From Lama guanicoe (Eukaryota), in contig MU053588.1 of assembly GCA_013239625.1 (NCBI GenBank), positions 3,562,799 through 3,626,798 on the forward strand: a stretch of 64,000 nucleotides of DNA, read 5' to 3'. Under the pieces are notes generated by a model that searched no databases, was not told the DNA's origin, and was given only the letters and a program-made list of their open reading frames with translations. Below, piece after piece: positions 38,401 to 51,599 of the stretch. Each line of letters begins with the position of its first letter. Within the stretch, counting starts at the first letter, position 1. Both the position numbers and the translations under genes were made by a program.

Positions 38401-41400
38401 ATATGTCCATATACTGCTAGCTTTCGACATCAAAGTCAGATCTTAGGGGATGGATTTGCCTTTCCTGGTTAAGCTCAGCTCAGTAGCTTAGTAAATATTT
38501 ATCGAGCATCAGCAAGGCCAGGCATCAGAAGCTGGGGTACAATAAGATGGCAGAGGAAAAAAAAAGATAGTAGGGAATAAGTGGAGGACAGAAGGGCATC
38601 CCTGGGAGATAGAACAGATTCTGGAAGGCGTGGGGGTGGGAGAGGACTGGGTGCAAGAGCCCAGATTGCCCCAAATGGGCCACTGCAGGAGCCCATATTG
38701 AAGAAGAACCAAAGAGCTGGAATTTATATAGCCATGACTGCCTTCCTAAGGAATTGGATGATGATCCCAGTGACAGTAGTGGGTGGTCACAATCAGGGAG
38801 AGCATGGGAGTTAAGAGCTTAGTGTCTGAATCAGAGAGACGTGGGTTTCAACTGGATTGTTGTGGTGGTTGTGCAACTCTATACGTTACTAAGAATTGTT
38901 AAGTTGTATAAGTGGGTAGTTTTTATGGCGTGTAAATTATATCTCAATAAAACTTAGGAAAAAAAAAGATGTGGGTTTCTGTCCAGGCTCTGCTGCTGAA
39001 TCAACTTTTGAGGATTACCACCTCTTTGAGCCTCTTTCACCAAGTTCAGGAAGGAGGCGATGATCCCAGACTGTTGGGGGTGACAGAGCATATGCAAAGG
39101 ACCTGGGGTGGGTTTGTGCCTGCCATACATTCAGTGAAGAATCCAGAGGTCAGTGTGGCTCCAGCAGAGTGATTAGGCAGGAGCAGAGCAGGACTTGTGG
39201 ATGGAGAGGTTGGCAGGGGGTGGGTGGGAGCGTAGATCCCGCAGAGCCTTTGGGGCTATTTTAAGGACTTATAATTTTATTCCAAGTGGGATGAGGATCT
39301 ATTGAAGTCTCTTTTTATGGGCATCCTTCTAGCTGCTGATTGGAGAATAGTGTAAAGAGGAGGTGGGCATGGGGGAGGGTACCCCCAGGGAGACTCAGGA
39401 GGAAGCAGGTGAGAGCCTCAGGGTTTGGACCCTGGTAGAAGCAGTGGAGGTGGGGAGAAGTGGGTAGGTTCTGGGGGTATTTTGCAGCTTCAGCCAACAG
39501 GATTTCCTGCTGGGCGCAACATGGGGTGTAAGAGAAAGGGAATTGTCAAGAATGACAGCAATGTTTTCAACTTGAGCAACTGTAGGAAAGGAGGTTGCCT
39601 TTGACAAGCTGGGGAAGATGGGGTGGGTGGGGAGACAGGGGACGAGGCTGGGAGGACAGCGGGAGTCATGATTTTGTCATCCGTGAAGTGGGGAAATGAG
39701 TGGCCCGCCTTCTCAGGGGCTGTTGTGAAGGTTACACATTTGTGGGTGCTGCATGGTCAGCCCTGGGGTTTCTGCATCATGGGATACATCACGGCTGGTT
39801 GTGTGCTGGCCTTAAGAGAAGGTCTAATGGTTTCCCAACTAGACTCCCGAGGGCCACAGGGGCTAAAGTGGCTCAGGATGGACATCCATCCCTCCCTTCC
39901 CCATCATTCACCCCAGGGAGCCAGAATGCCTGAGTTCTGAGCCCAGCTCTGCCAATGGCTAGCAAGCAGGGACAGTGGGCAAGCCACTTAAAAACTCCTC
40001 TGCCTCTGTTTGCCAGCCTGAAAATGGGGATGATGATGATGATGATGACATCGTCTACTTGCAGAGGGAGGGGGTCGCTGTGAGGAAATGAGGCAATCCA
40101 GGTGAGGTGAGCTCTTTGGCAGGCTTAGATGGGTTAATCCATGGAAAGTAATCATGGCAGCTGGAAACACAGTAAATGCTTAGCGCACACAAGGCATTTG
40201 AGTATTTTTGTTTGGAATACAGGATTTCTCAGTTAAAAGGAATATATGATGTCAGGCTACCCTCCTCAATGTCCAGATAAGGACTTTGAGGCCCAGAGAG
40301 AGAAGCAGAGATTGGTCCAGGCTAAGGAAGAGCCATCTGTCTCTCTCATTTCCTCAGGGAAGAACAGCTGTCCTCAAGGGGGGTTGAGAAAGGACGCTGC
40401 AGGTGTTCAAGCAAAAACAGGGTAAAGGAGGGGAGGGCATAGCTCAGTGGTAGAGCATACGCTTAGCATGCACAAGGTCCTGGGTTCAATCCCCAGTAAC
40501 TCCATTAAAAAAAAAAAAGTAGGGTAAAGAATGGGGGTGGGGCTCAGACTTCCAAGGTCCCTTCTAAATCTGAGACTGAGGGACTCAATGGCCAGATTGC
40601 TTGGAGTGTGACTAACAGTGTGATCTCCCCAAGCACAGGACCCTGGAAGGACAGACACAGCTGATCCCTGGCTTACAAAGACCCTGGTAATTCTTTGTCC
40701 ACAGCTCTTCTGTCCTGTCATCGGGGAGTCATGTTGCGGACTTCTGTAAACCTGGCTCAGGAACCGGTTGAATGGACCTCGAATGGGAAGCAGCTGTGTG
40801 ATCCTGGGGAAGTGTGTCAGGAGACACTTCTGCTCATAGATGTAGGTGCGTGAGCTGTGCAGGAGAGCAAGACCCCTGCACGGGGTCCTGGGTCTCCCTA
40901 CCCTGGATTCTTTCTCCTGAATTTCCTGCCTGGTTCTCCTCATCCCAGCAGTTCTAAACTCAACTCTTCCTCTTTCTGTGCCTTGGTTTCCCTTTCAGAA
41001 AACTAGGGGTGAGGTGATGGCAATAATAGTTTGCTGGGTAGTTGCTGGGATATATCTGATGGTCCAGGCAAAGGGCTAAGAACAGAGCTCGCACAAAGTA
41101 AACTCAATGACTTCATCCAAGGTCTAATGAGCGACTTGTTATGTGCCAGGCACTGTGTTAGATGCTGTAGATCCCACTGCATCTGCCTTCTTGCAGCTTT
41201 ATTGCCAGTGGGGAAGCAGGAGGAAAAAAAAAGAGTAAGATACGGGTGTGAAGATAAGAGCTATGGAAAGAAATCCAGCGGGAAAAGGAGATAGGGAGAG
41301 TGAGGTAAAGGTTGCAATTTGAAAACAGGTGCTCAGGGGATGCTCTACTGAGAAGGTGACATTTGAGCAAGAACTGAGAGGTGGCAGATCTGGGAGGCAG

Positions 41401-42394
41401 CTCTGGCCCCAGTCTTCACCCTGCACTCAGCAGGACCTGTGCTCTTGCATTGGGGGGACCGGCGTCCCCCTCCGCCTGCTGAGCACTGAGGAATCCCTGG
41501 TTTTGCCCCTCCCCCAGCGCAGCTTTCACTCTCTCATCTCTCAGGACAGAAATCACTCCTAGTGGGGAGCAAAGGCTGCAGCAAAGCCAGGACACAGGAT
41601 TCCCAGCCTATCTCCATACACTCGAGACCCCCAGGAGTGCTCGTTGCCTCCTATGCCCGGTTCTGCTCCTCTGACGGGTGCAACAGCGCCAGCAGCAGCA
41701 GTGTCCTCTTGAACTCCCTCCCTCGTCCAGGTACGGGATCCCAGCGGGCTGGGTGGGACCAGGGGTATGGACAGGTGGGGCCCCAGAGACACAGACTCTG
41801 GGGGTCCAGGAGGGTGGCTGCTGCTAAGAGCAGAGCTGTGCACCCCAACCTTCTCTCTGCTTTCCAGCTGCCCCTGCCTCAGGAGACTTGCACTGTCCAA
41901 CCTGTGTGTCGTTTTTTGGATCCTGCCCAGAAAACTCTGAAACTGTTAGGTGCCCTAGCGGCACCACTCACTGTTACAAGGGTTACATTGCTCTCCAGGG
42001 AGGTGAGTGCTGCGGGTCAGGTCCCAAGGATGAAGGGGCTGGGGCCTGGCTTAATTGGTCCTCAGGTGGGAGGGTGTTTGAGACTCTGAGTTATGGGGAG
42101 AAGGGGCTGGGGACCCAGGTGTTCTAGGTCTGAGGGAGGATCAGGCTCTTAGCTTGATCTCCTGGTCTGAGGCGGGAGACGGGTGTCTAGGAGTCCTAGG
42201 GTTCAGGAATTTAAGTGTGGGGAAATTTGAGCCCTCTCTGACTCCATGTTCATTCTCTAGGTGGGCTGAGCATCTCATTGAACGTTCAGGGCTGCGTGGC
42301 TCAACCTTCCAGCTCCTTGTTGAACCGTATTCAGAATATTGGGGTCATTTCCGTGGCTGAGAAGCGTGATGATGAGAATGAGCCTCTAGAATGA
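35475..42394 (+). CDS. CD177: CD177 antigen (NB1/PRV-1), four LU domains, predicted 401 aa; stops before the GPI signal because of a last-exon frameshift
   Basis: Exons 35475-35526, 35602-35742, 35927-36109, 36925-37041, 37240-37356, 40705-40845, 41545-41730, 41868-42002, 42261-42394; all phase 1 and [15 protein letters not shown]...LPLQWT...[11 protein letters not shown]...NLAQEPVEW...[38 protein letters not shown] at 42743-42748. Confidence 0.93.
38288..38388 (-). mobile_element. tRNA-Ala-derived SINE
   Basis: Near-consensus antisense copy ggaggtactggggattgaacccaggacctcatgcatgctaagcatgcgctctaccactgagctataccctcccc. Confidence 0.9.
40429..40519 (+). mobile_element. tRNA-Ala-derived SINE
   Basis: Consensus plus poly-A tail, flanked by agggtaaag direct repeats. 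Confidence 0.88.
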
Positions 42395-42899
42395 GTTTCT
42401 ACTCCCAGCTGGAGCTGCTCCTGCCCCCTACCTGGCTTGGGTGGTAGGGCTGGGGCTATCTCTAGCCCTGTGGTGTGGAGCGCCCTCCCTGCTCATCCCA
42501 TTTTCTCATGATTCTTAGCTCCTGCTGACCCCCAGTTCCCAGCCCTCCCTCTGACCTCATAACTAAACAGTCTTGGACACTGAATTATTTCCCCATCCTC
42601 TACACGAATTATCATCCACCCCCATGCCCCGCCCCCCATCACATACTATATGACCTGATGACAACATATGGAAAGGTCTGGAAGCAGCAGAACTTGCCCC
42701 ACGGGTGACTGGACAGTCAAGCAGTGGCCACATGTGAGTGATAATAAAGACATTGTCCTTTCCCTAAATGCTGGGTTTTCTCTATGTGAGGGGAGGGCAG
42801 GACAACCAGAGATCTGGCACAAAGAAGGAGAGGAATCTGGCGAGAGATTCACCATCTCAGGATGCTCCTTCACTGGTCTGGTCCACATCCCCATTGGAC

Positions 42900-45800
42900 T
42901 AGCTTGGTGGCAGCAGAGCCATCAGGATGCTGCAGCCAAAAGTACTTGGGTATCACTGTGACTTGGGAGGTGAAGGTGCATCATGACCAATGAGGCTTCT
43001 ACCCCAGCACAAACAGGGGGCTCACCCCACTTGAATAACTTGACATAAGGGTTGGTATGAAGCAGAGAAACAAGAGGGTTTGCACAGTTTCCTGAGGCTG
43101 ATATCATTGGGTCTGTCATCATCATAGGCCTGAAAAGCTGAGGAGAGGTCATTGCTATTACTAGAATCTCGAGGGATTGGTGTTTAGAGAGGGCTGCTTG
43201 ACAGGAGCTGTGATGTCAGGTGAAAATCTTTCCAGTCTACAGTGATACTGCAGGGAGGGAGCTGGGGAATTAGTACCCCACTATCAGTCAGTGTCCTCCC
43301 TCTGGTCTCCTACTGGAGCTCCCTGTGGACTGAACACAGCTGGGAGGCAGGAGAGCTCATTGGCAGTTCCCACAAGGGGAGAAGGGGAGACAGTGAATCC
43401 AGAGAAGGAAGCAAAAAGTGTTCAGAAGAGTCCTTTCCTTCGTCCAGATGAAAATCAGAGTCCTTAACATAGAAGACACACAATTCACATCCATTACTTA
43501 ATTATGGTGCACTACACCAATCAAGGAATCATACACCCACAGCATTAGATGACCAATTCTTTATGTACCACAGTGAGAGGAAGATGGGGAAAAAACATCA
43601 ACCAAAGCTGCGAAGTGTATAACTGGTGGTAATCAGAGCTGCCATCTTCTACCACCCATTCTGTTTTCTTACCAGCTGCCAACACCTTCTCTGGACAATT
43701 GTGTGATGCAAATTTTCATTCTTATGGGAAGTGAGTGTTTGATGATCTTGTCCTTATTGGCTGTTGGCCACTTTCTGATGAACATGGCCATGGGCAGAGG
43801 AAATATTACCCCCAATGTGTCCCCTGGCTTTCATAGTCCTCCTTGACCCAGCAAGCCAACCTCTCTGTGGTAGTCAGATCCCCTCTGGCGATCAGCAGAG
43901 TGGCCCTCTTCTTTGTCCACTGTTTCAGCGGCACAAGGAGCACAAAATGGCAAGGGGGCAGTCCTGGCTTCCAACTGATTAGAGCTATGATGGGGTTCCT
44001 CACCCACACCAAGCCCAAAGTACAGAGACCAGAAGCAAAAATTCTTTAAGTGGGTTGTTAGGTATACTAGTGGGAGGGGACACTCCCTTACCCTCCCCTT
44101 GCATTCTGGCTATGGGAGAGATGGCATGATAGACTGGCCACTGGTTCGAGTCATACAGCATCTCCTTCTGGGTGGCAGGGTACTGCCTCTCTCCTGGTGC
44201 CCTCATAAGCCATCATGGCCACTCTACCCTTCCGAAAAGCCAACTGTCTCTGTGTAGTGGGGCACCTGGGAAGATCAGTGAGCTCCATGGGTGTGAGTTC
44301 ATTGCCTCACTTCTTTTACCTTAAAATACGTCTCCTAGTTGGAAGCAATACTTCATAGGATACTACAGCAACAGAACAGACATCTTCTAAGATCCCAAAT
44401 GACAGTGTTGACAGAAGCCCTGAGTACAAGGCAGGCAAACCAGAACCTGCAGTATGTATTTATCTCTGTGCGGGAAAAGCTCAGTCCCCTCAAGCATGGG
44501 GTATTTCCAGGCTGAGGGTTGGCCTCTGCCTTTGTTGGTTTGGGCACTGAGCACAGTCAGCAGGCCGGTCACCTTGAGGAGAGTGAGCCTATTTGTTGAC
44601 ACAGCGTGGTGTCTCCACCACCCACATGGCCATTTTACACATGGGCTCAGTGAGCAAGCACCGATGGAAAAGAAGCTGTCTGACACTGTCCACTGGGTAC
44701 CAAGAGCTTCCTGCTCAGGGAATGAGTTCCGGTGGGCATTCCTGTGTGATGTGAACATCTTCACAGTCTGTGCCCAACTGCAGAGGACCATTCTCATATC
44801 TTCTCTGTCTTCATTTTTTGCTTTAATTCTTTCCAAGTACTTAACCAAGTGGTTCACCATAGGTCCATGCAGTAGTGGACCTGAGGACATCTCTCTGTGC
44901 TTCTCGGGGGCCTGAATATAGGCACATCTCATTTGATGGTGCTTTGTAAGGATTAATAAACCTAATTACCTGCACTCCCCCACTCCCCCANNNNNNNNNN
45001 NNNNNNNNNNNNNNNNNNNNNNNNNNNNNNNNNNNNNNNNNNNNNNNNNNNNTTACCTTCTTTGTCTCCTCAGCTCATTTCGCTCATCTCTGTCGGTTGG
45101 CGGCCCCGGGGGGGGGGGGGGTGGGAGGTGTTCCAGTTACCTATTCCTATTATACATTCTGGGATGACATAAATAACAGGATGAGTCTGTGGTCCTATGA
45201 GGCCCATTGGGAAGGAGACTTGAGCCAAAATTCCTTCTACACCATGACCTTGCTCACTGCGGCAATAAGCGTCCACCAAAACCCATCATCCAAATAATAT
45301 TCCCAGGGTCTGAGCACTTATTTCCCTTTAACCAGTGCTCAACTCCTCCAGATAAATGACACCCAGTCTTTCTGGTGTAACGGAAGATTCACTGTCTACA
45401 CCCATGGTTGCATTACAGGGTCCTTCTCAAACAGACCCAGCTTCTCCACTCATTCATGGGGCTCAAGGTCTATGAACTAGCTTGGTCTGGGAACTAGATC
45501 AGTGGTAGATCACATACTTAGCATACACAAGGTCCTGGGTTCAATCCCCAGTACCTCCATTAAAAACAAAAAGAAGTCACAAATTCTCATCATGGTGACC
45601 CATGTTTCCATCAGAGCTAGAAAATTCCCTGCACTTTTAGGGACCCCTTGGTCATTTAGCTTCACCACAGATTCCTGCCTCTCAAAACACTCTGATGACA
45701 TTTTTGCTCTGTGGCTTGTTCCAGTGATTGGGGCCATGTTGTCTCTGCATACCCAGTGTCACCACTTGGCCACTCCCAAGTCCTCTTTTTCCAGCAATTC

Positions 45801-47300
45801 CCATAAGCATCTTCTACCTCAGAGGTGAGCCACGACCAAGCTCTTGATGTCCCCTCCTCTGTTCTTAATGTCTCCCCAGGGGATAGGATAAGGATGTGAC
45901 TGAGGAGGCTGCTCATGACAAACTCATTCCAGCTTTCCCGGGTCCCCAAACTTGGGACTCTATTTCTCTCCGATATGCCAGAGAAGTTCTAGCATTGAGC
46001 CCAGATATTAACTCATTAACCTAGCAGACTAGTAATATTTCCTGGATACGTGAACCAATACCTTCAATCCTATAACCCATGTAAAAGAATTTGGCCCCAT
46101 GAAGCCTTCCTCTTGATCCCATTTGGTCTCACATCCTTAGAATCTGTATCAGTCAGGGTCCAGGCAGGAGTCAGAAATCACGAACTAATTTTAACAGGGA
46201 AAGTTCAATATAAAGAATCATTAACTAGTAACAGAGGACTAGGATTAAGAAGGGATTGGTTACTAAGGGGTAAAGAGGACTTAAAAGGATAGGGAACAGC
46301 AGATCTAGGGAGCAGTCTCTATACCCAGGGCTGCAAGACAAGCGCTTCCTTCTGCAGTGTCCCTCTGGCACCCTCTACTGGCAAAGCCTAGCATTGTGCC
46401 AGGGAGACGAAAAATGCTTGCAAGATTCAGCAGGGCAGTAAAGAGTGGAGTTGAGAGGCAATCAGTGAATAAATGGCATAGAATCTGTTCATGCACATGC
46501 TCCGGGACTCCTGCCAGTGAATGTGGGTGAAGTCCTGTAACGCTCTCAGTATGTGGCATGCTCATGGCAGACCAAGCCCTGTGCTTCTCTGGACTATGTT
46601 GGAAACTCACTCTTGTGGGTGTGGAGGACAAGCCTTCCCCTATGGGGACTCTATCCCATGTCTGAGGATCACACTCCTTTCCCCACCAGCGCCTTTCCCT
46701 TAGCACACACTGGCAGGGTTGAACATTTACCTGGCAGTGCAACTCTGTAAACACTTCCCTCACCTTTGGGCTTGGTCCTCAGCCCTATCTGCTCTGTGAC
46801 TACAGGAGACAAGGGATGCTCTGCCAAGGAAGCTTTCTGATTGTCCATCACGTTTCCATTTGGACAGCCTCATCTTTCAGTTGCTCCTTTTCCCCATGTT
46901 TGGTCTTTAAGGTCATCCGAAGAAACCAGCTGGCTCCACAATCAACCTAGGCACCACTGTTGCCACAGTGACAAAGTGCCACACCCTCTTCAACTCCCCA
47001 AACCTTGCTTCACCTACACTTCTTTCACTGCTATGACCAGTGCTAATTTGAGCAACTGTGAAATTATCGCATGCTTCCCCTATGCTTCTCCTATGTGATG
47101 GAGACGTGATCCCAGAATACAATTTTGTTGGTTTGTTTCTGGGTGCCACTTCTAATCCTAATTATTGAATTGGTCAGGTGTCCAGCAGGAAATGAATGGT
47201 ACACCCAAACTGGGTAACTTGAGTAAAATCTGTTAAAGGAACTGCTGTTTACAGTTGGCAAGTTTGGATCCAGGGAAACCACATAGGATGGTGCAGGAGT
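42900..47300 (-). mobile_element. Degenerate ERVL/MaLR internal sequence with interspersed LTR pieces and a partial SINE (about 45500-45570)
   Basis: Minus-strand pol-like remnants such as WAQTVKMFTSHRNAH (RNase H-like) and THPVIYVIPECIIGI (protease-like). MLT-like segments near 46146 and 47180. Boundaries approximate. Confidence 0.65.
44991..45052. other. Assembly gap (62 N)
   Basis: Run of n characters, with a poly-G stretch nearby at about 45107-45121. Confidence 0.99.
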
Positions 47301-47589
47301 TGGGAGTAATTATGTATTTTATACATATCATTTGTTGTGACAACAGATAACAAGGAGTCAGGGCCATTGTGAATCTAGGTCACGGTGTGCACTGCACAAA
47401 TGCTCTACATCTAGGGGGTGACACACACTTCATTCCTATATAATTGGTAGGAAAAGACTCAATACTGAAACAGGAGGAGAGAGCTCCCTTCTACATAAAT
47501 CCACACTTGAACACAAAGCCAAGCACACCCGTGATGTGCTGGTAAATGTTTAGCAACTGTTTCCCAGAAGGGAGAAATAAAAGCTCTGA

Positions 47590-48945
47590 TTTAACATGTA
47601 AATCAATGAAATTAGAACACATCATACACAAAAATAAACTCAAACTGGCTTAAAGACTTACACATGAGACAAGACACCATAAACCTCCTAGAAGAGAACA
47701 TAGGCAAAACATACTCTCATATAAATAATAGCAATGTTCTCCTAGGGCAGTCTATCCAGGCAATAGAAATAAAAGCAAAAGTAAACATATGGGACATAAA
47801 TTAAACTTATAATCTTTTGCACAGCAAAGGAAACCATAAACAAATCCAAAAGACAACCTACAGAATGGGAGTATATATTTGCAATTGATGTGACTGACAA
47901 GGGCTTAATTTCTAGCATATACAAACAGTTCATACAACCCAAGAACAAAAAAACAAACAATCCAATCCAAAAATGGGCAGAAGACCTAAATAGACATTTC
48001 TCTAATGAAGAATACAAATGACAAATAGGCACATGAAAAAATGCTCAGTATCGCTAATTATCAGAGAAATGCAAATCAAAACTACAATGAGGTATCATCT
48101 CACACTAGTCAGAATAGCCATCATTAAAAAGTCCACAAACAATAAATGCTGGAGAGGGTGTAGAGAAAAGGGAACCCTCCTACACTGTTGGTGGGAATGT
48201 AGTTTGGTGCAGCCAATATGGAAAACAGTATGAAGATTCCTTTAAAAATTAAAAACAGACTTATCATATGATCCAGCAGTTCCACTCCTGGGCATATATC
48301 CAGAGGGAACTCTAATTCGAAATGAAACATTCACCCCAATGGTCACAGCAGCACTATATACAATAGCCAAGACATGGAAGCAACCTAAATGTCCATCAAC
48401 AGATGACTGGATAAAGAAGTCGTGGTGTACACACACACACACACACATATACACACAGTGGAATACTACTCAGCCATAAAAAAGAATAAAATAATGCCAT
48501 TTGCAGCTAAATGGATGGACCTGGAGATTGTTGTACTAAGTGAATTAAGCCAGAAAGAGAAGGAAAAATACATGTTATCATTTATGTGTGGAATCTAGAA
48601 AAATGACACAAATGAACTTATTTACAAAACAGAAACAGACTCACTGATATAAAAAACAAACTTATGGTTACCAGGGGGTAAAGAGGGGATAGAGGGATAA
48701 ACTGGCATTTCAGGATTTGCAGATACACACTACTAATTATGAAATAGATAAACAACAAGGTCCTACTACATAGCACTGGGAACTATATTCAATACCTTGT
48801 AATGGCCTATAATGAAAAAGAATATAAAAAGGATACACACAGAGACACACTCATACAGATATATATAAATGAATCATTATGTTGTACACCCGAAATGAAC
48901 ATAACATTGTAAATTGACTGTGCTTCAATTAGGAAAAAAAAAAAC
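47590..48945 (+). mobile_element. L1 3' portion (ORF2 C-terminus and 3'UTR)
   Basis: [25 protein letters not shown]...[19 protein letters not shown]; ends in poly-A. Confidence 0.92.
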
Positions 48946-49117
48946 AGAAATTGGGTGAAAAAGGGGGGTTTACACTTTCAAGGTTCTTTCTAAATCTGAG
49001 ATTGAGGGACACTGTGGCCAGGTCGCCTGGAGTATGATTCAAGAATGTAATCATCTTCCCAAGCCTGGGACCTGGAGGGACAGACATGGGCTGAGAATGG
49101 GGGCAATTTCTTCCCAG

Positions 49118-49597
49118 ATTCTTTGACGTGGAATCATTCAAAGATGTCAAAGACAGGGTAAGCCTGAAGGCAGAAAATATCCCATGGCTGCCTCTCCCCA
49201 CCGCTGAAGAATCAGATCTGATTCTTACTCTTCTCATAACAGAGTCAGGTGAGTAGGCTTTGGTAGAAAGGGGTGTTCCCTCTGCACACTCACCCACTGG
49301 GATGCACTATATACACCTTGTGTTAACAGGGAACCCTGAATTCAGCTCACTGCTCTGGCCTATTTTCAATCCCCGAGTCAGCCTCCGAGCCCTTGACTCG
49401 CTCCGGGGACACCCCGTCAATCTTACATCTTCACACCCTCCCAACACCAGCCATCAAGGTAGCCACCATGGAAAGCAAAGTCTCCATTGGGAATGACACT
49501 AATGCAGAAGACTTCACAAAATGGTAGCAGGAAGCCCCTGCAGGGCTCGCTGTTCTGCACTCACTGCTTCATCTGCACACAAGTCTCTCTAACATGC
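49118..49597 (+). pseudogene. Relic Ly6/uPAR (CD177/TEX101-like) exon pair
   Basis: Intron-like 48953-49095 resembles CD177 intron 5 at 40521-40665. Pseudoexon 49118-49248 (cccag|AT TCT TTG ACG...CTT CTC ATA ACA GAG TCA G|gtgagt). Second pseudoexon from 49451 (IKVATMESK...EAPAGLAV...). Stops and frameshifts present. Confidence 0.6.
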
Positions 49598-50510
49598 TCT
49601 TATGGGGGGAATTGCCCCCGAATTCGTATGTTGAAGTCCTAAACCCCAATACCCCAGAAAGTGACCTTGTTTAGAAATAGGATCTTCACAGACATAATGA
49701 AGTTTTAGTGAGGTCGTTACAGCAGACCCTAATCCAATATAACAGGTATCTTTATACTAAGGGAAAAACTGGACACAGAAACAAGCATAAAGGAAAGATG
49801 ATATGAAGACACAAGGAGAAGACAGCAAGCTACAAGCCATAGAGAAAGACCTGGAACATACCCTTCCCTCACAGCCCTCAGGAGGAACCAACCCTACTGA
49901 TACTTTGATTTTGGACTTCTGGCCTCTCAGTCTGTGCAGCAGCCCCAGCAAACTAATTAAAAAGCCAAGAGTCTATTTAAGCTAAATGTCCATTGACAGA
50001 TGACTGGATAAAGAAGTTGTATATTTCTACAATGGAATACTACTCTGCCATAAAAATAATAAAATAATGCCATTTGCAGGAACAGGGATGGACCAAGAGA
50101 TCATCATACTAAGTAAGCCAGAAAGAGAAAGAAAAATACCATATTGTATCACTCATATGGGGAATCTAAAAAAAAAAAAAGACACTATGAACTCATCTAC
50201 AAAACAGACACAGACTTGCAGACTTAGTAAACAATCTCATGGTTACCAGGGAAAGGGGGTGGAAGGGGATAAATTTGGGAGTTTGAGATTTACAAATGTT
50301 AGCTGCTGTATATAAAAATAGATTTTTAAAAAAGTTTCTCTTGTATATTACGGGGAACTATGTTCAATATTTTGCAATAGCCTTTAATGGAAAAAATATG
50401 AAAACGAATATACATATGTATGTGCATGACTGGGACATTGTGCTGTACACCAGAGATTGACACATTGTAATTGACTGTACTTCAATAAAAAAAATTAAAA
50501 AAAAATAAGA
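49598..50510 (+). mobile_element. MLT1A-type LTR (about 49598-49960) followed by an L1 3' end (about 49985-50510)
   Basis: aattcgtatgttgaagtcctaaacccc, cagccctcaggaggaaccaaccct; L1 3'UTR ending ttcaataaaaaaa. Confidence 0.75.
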
Positions 50511-51599
50511 TGAACTTCACTACAGGTGCTTGAAGCCAGTTGTGGGGTTAGGACTGAAGAGGCAGGGCAAGTGCTAGTCAGAGAGATGGGAAAGGACGAG
50601 GAGCCTGAAACAAGACTCTGGAGCTCGAAGCAGGTGAATATGTAGCTTCCAACCACCCTCTCTGCCCTCCAGTTCCCCCTAACCCACTGGTCCTGCATTG
50701 GCAATTGTAGCCAAGAACTGAGACCTTGCCCCACACTTATAGTTACACAATGACCCAGGAAAACCACATACTATTACACATCATGGGAAGTGAGAGCTGG
50801 AGGCCTGAGTTCTGAAAAGAAGGGTGGCTCCGAGCCCCGGGTCCTGAGGGACAGCAGAGTCTTTGGGACTAGAACTACCTCTTAGCATATATATTAACTG
50901 TGACTATTTATTTTAATAATAATACTAATAATTATATTCTTAATATTAACAGCCCCAGTTGAAAGTTCTTAAATATTTTTACATAAAATTAAGAGTTTTA
51001 CCAGCATCACTCTTTTTAAAAAAAATTTTAGAACATGGATTCTTTTATTCCCTTCTTTTTCTTTTTAACTTTTTTTTAAATTTAAGTATAGTCAATTTAC
51101 AATGTTGTGTCAATTTCTGGTAACAACACCATTCTTATTGTGGCATTTTCTCTATTAAAAATATATATTCCTTTATACTGTAGAACTCACAAAAACAGTA
51201 CTAAGTCTGAAAGAACACAAAGAGCATTTTTACTTCACGTTACATCTAGAAAGCATATATATGTATACATATGTTTGTATATGTGTATGTGTGTGTGAAT
51301 GTATATATATGTATGTATGTATATATATAAAATAGGATTTTCAGCCACGAACAGGAAATCTGAATGACATATCTTGCTCACGGTACTGGCACCTGCATGT
51401 GTGTTAGATAAGGCAGCAATCTGTCATTCAGGTTGCTTAAAGTAACACTGAGGCCGGCATTCCTTCCTTTAGTCTTCCAGAAGACCACGGAGGGGCTGGT
51501 GCCATGATGTGTTCAGAGGATGAGGCCCGGGCTAAGCAGAAACCACTGCAAGTGAAGGGCAAGGAGGCCAAGTTGCCTCCCAGTGGCTATGGCCACTGG

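Noticed and set aside
44387..44932. 181-aa minus-strand ORF as a host gene
   Set aside because: Degenerate ERVL pol remnant with frameshifted homology.
10258..45570. Multiple tRNA-Ala(AGC)-like sequences as tRNA genes
   Set aside because: They have A-rich tails, target-site duplications and scattered mutations, so they are SINE copies rather than tRNA genes.
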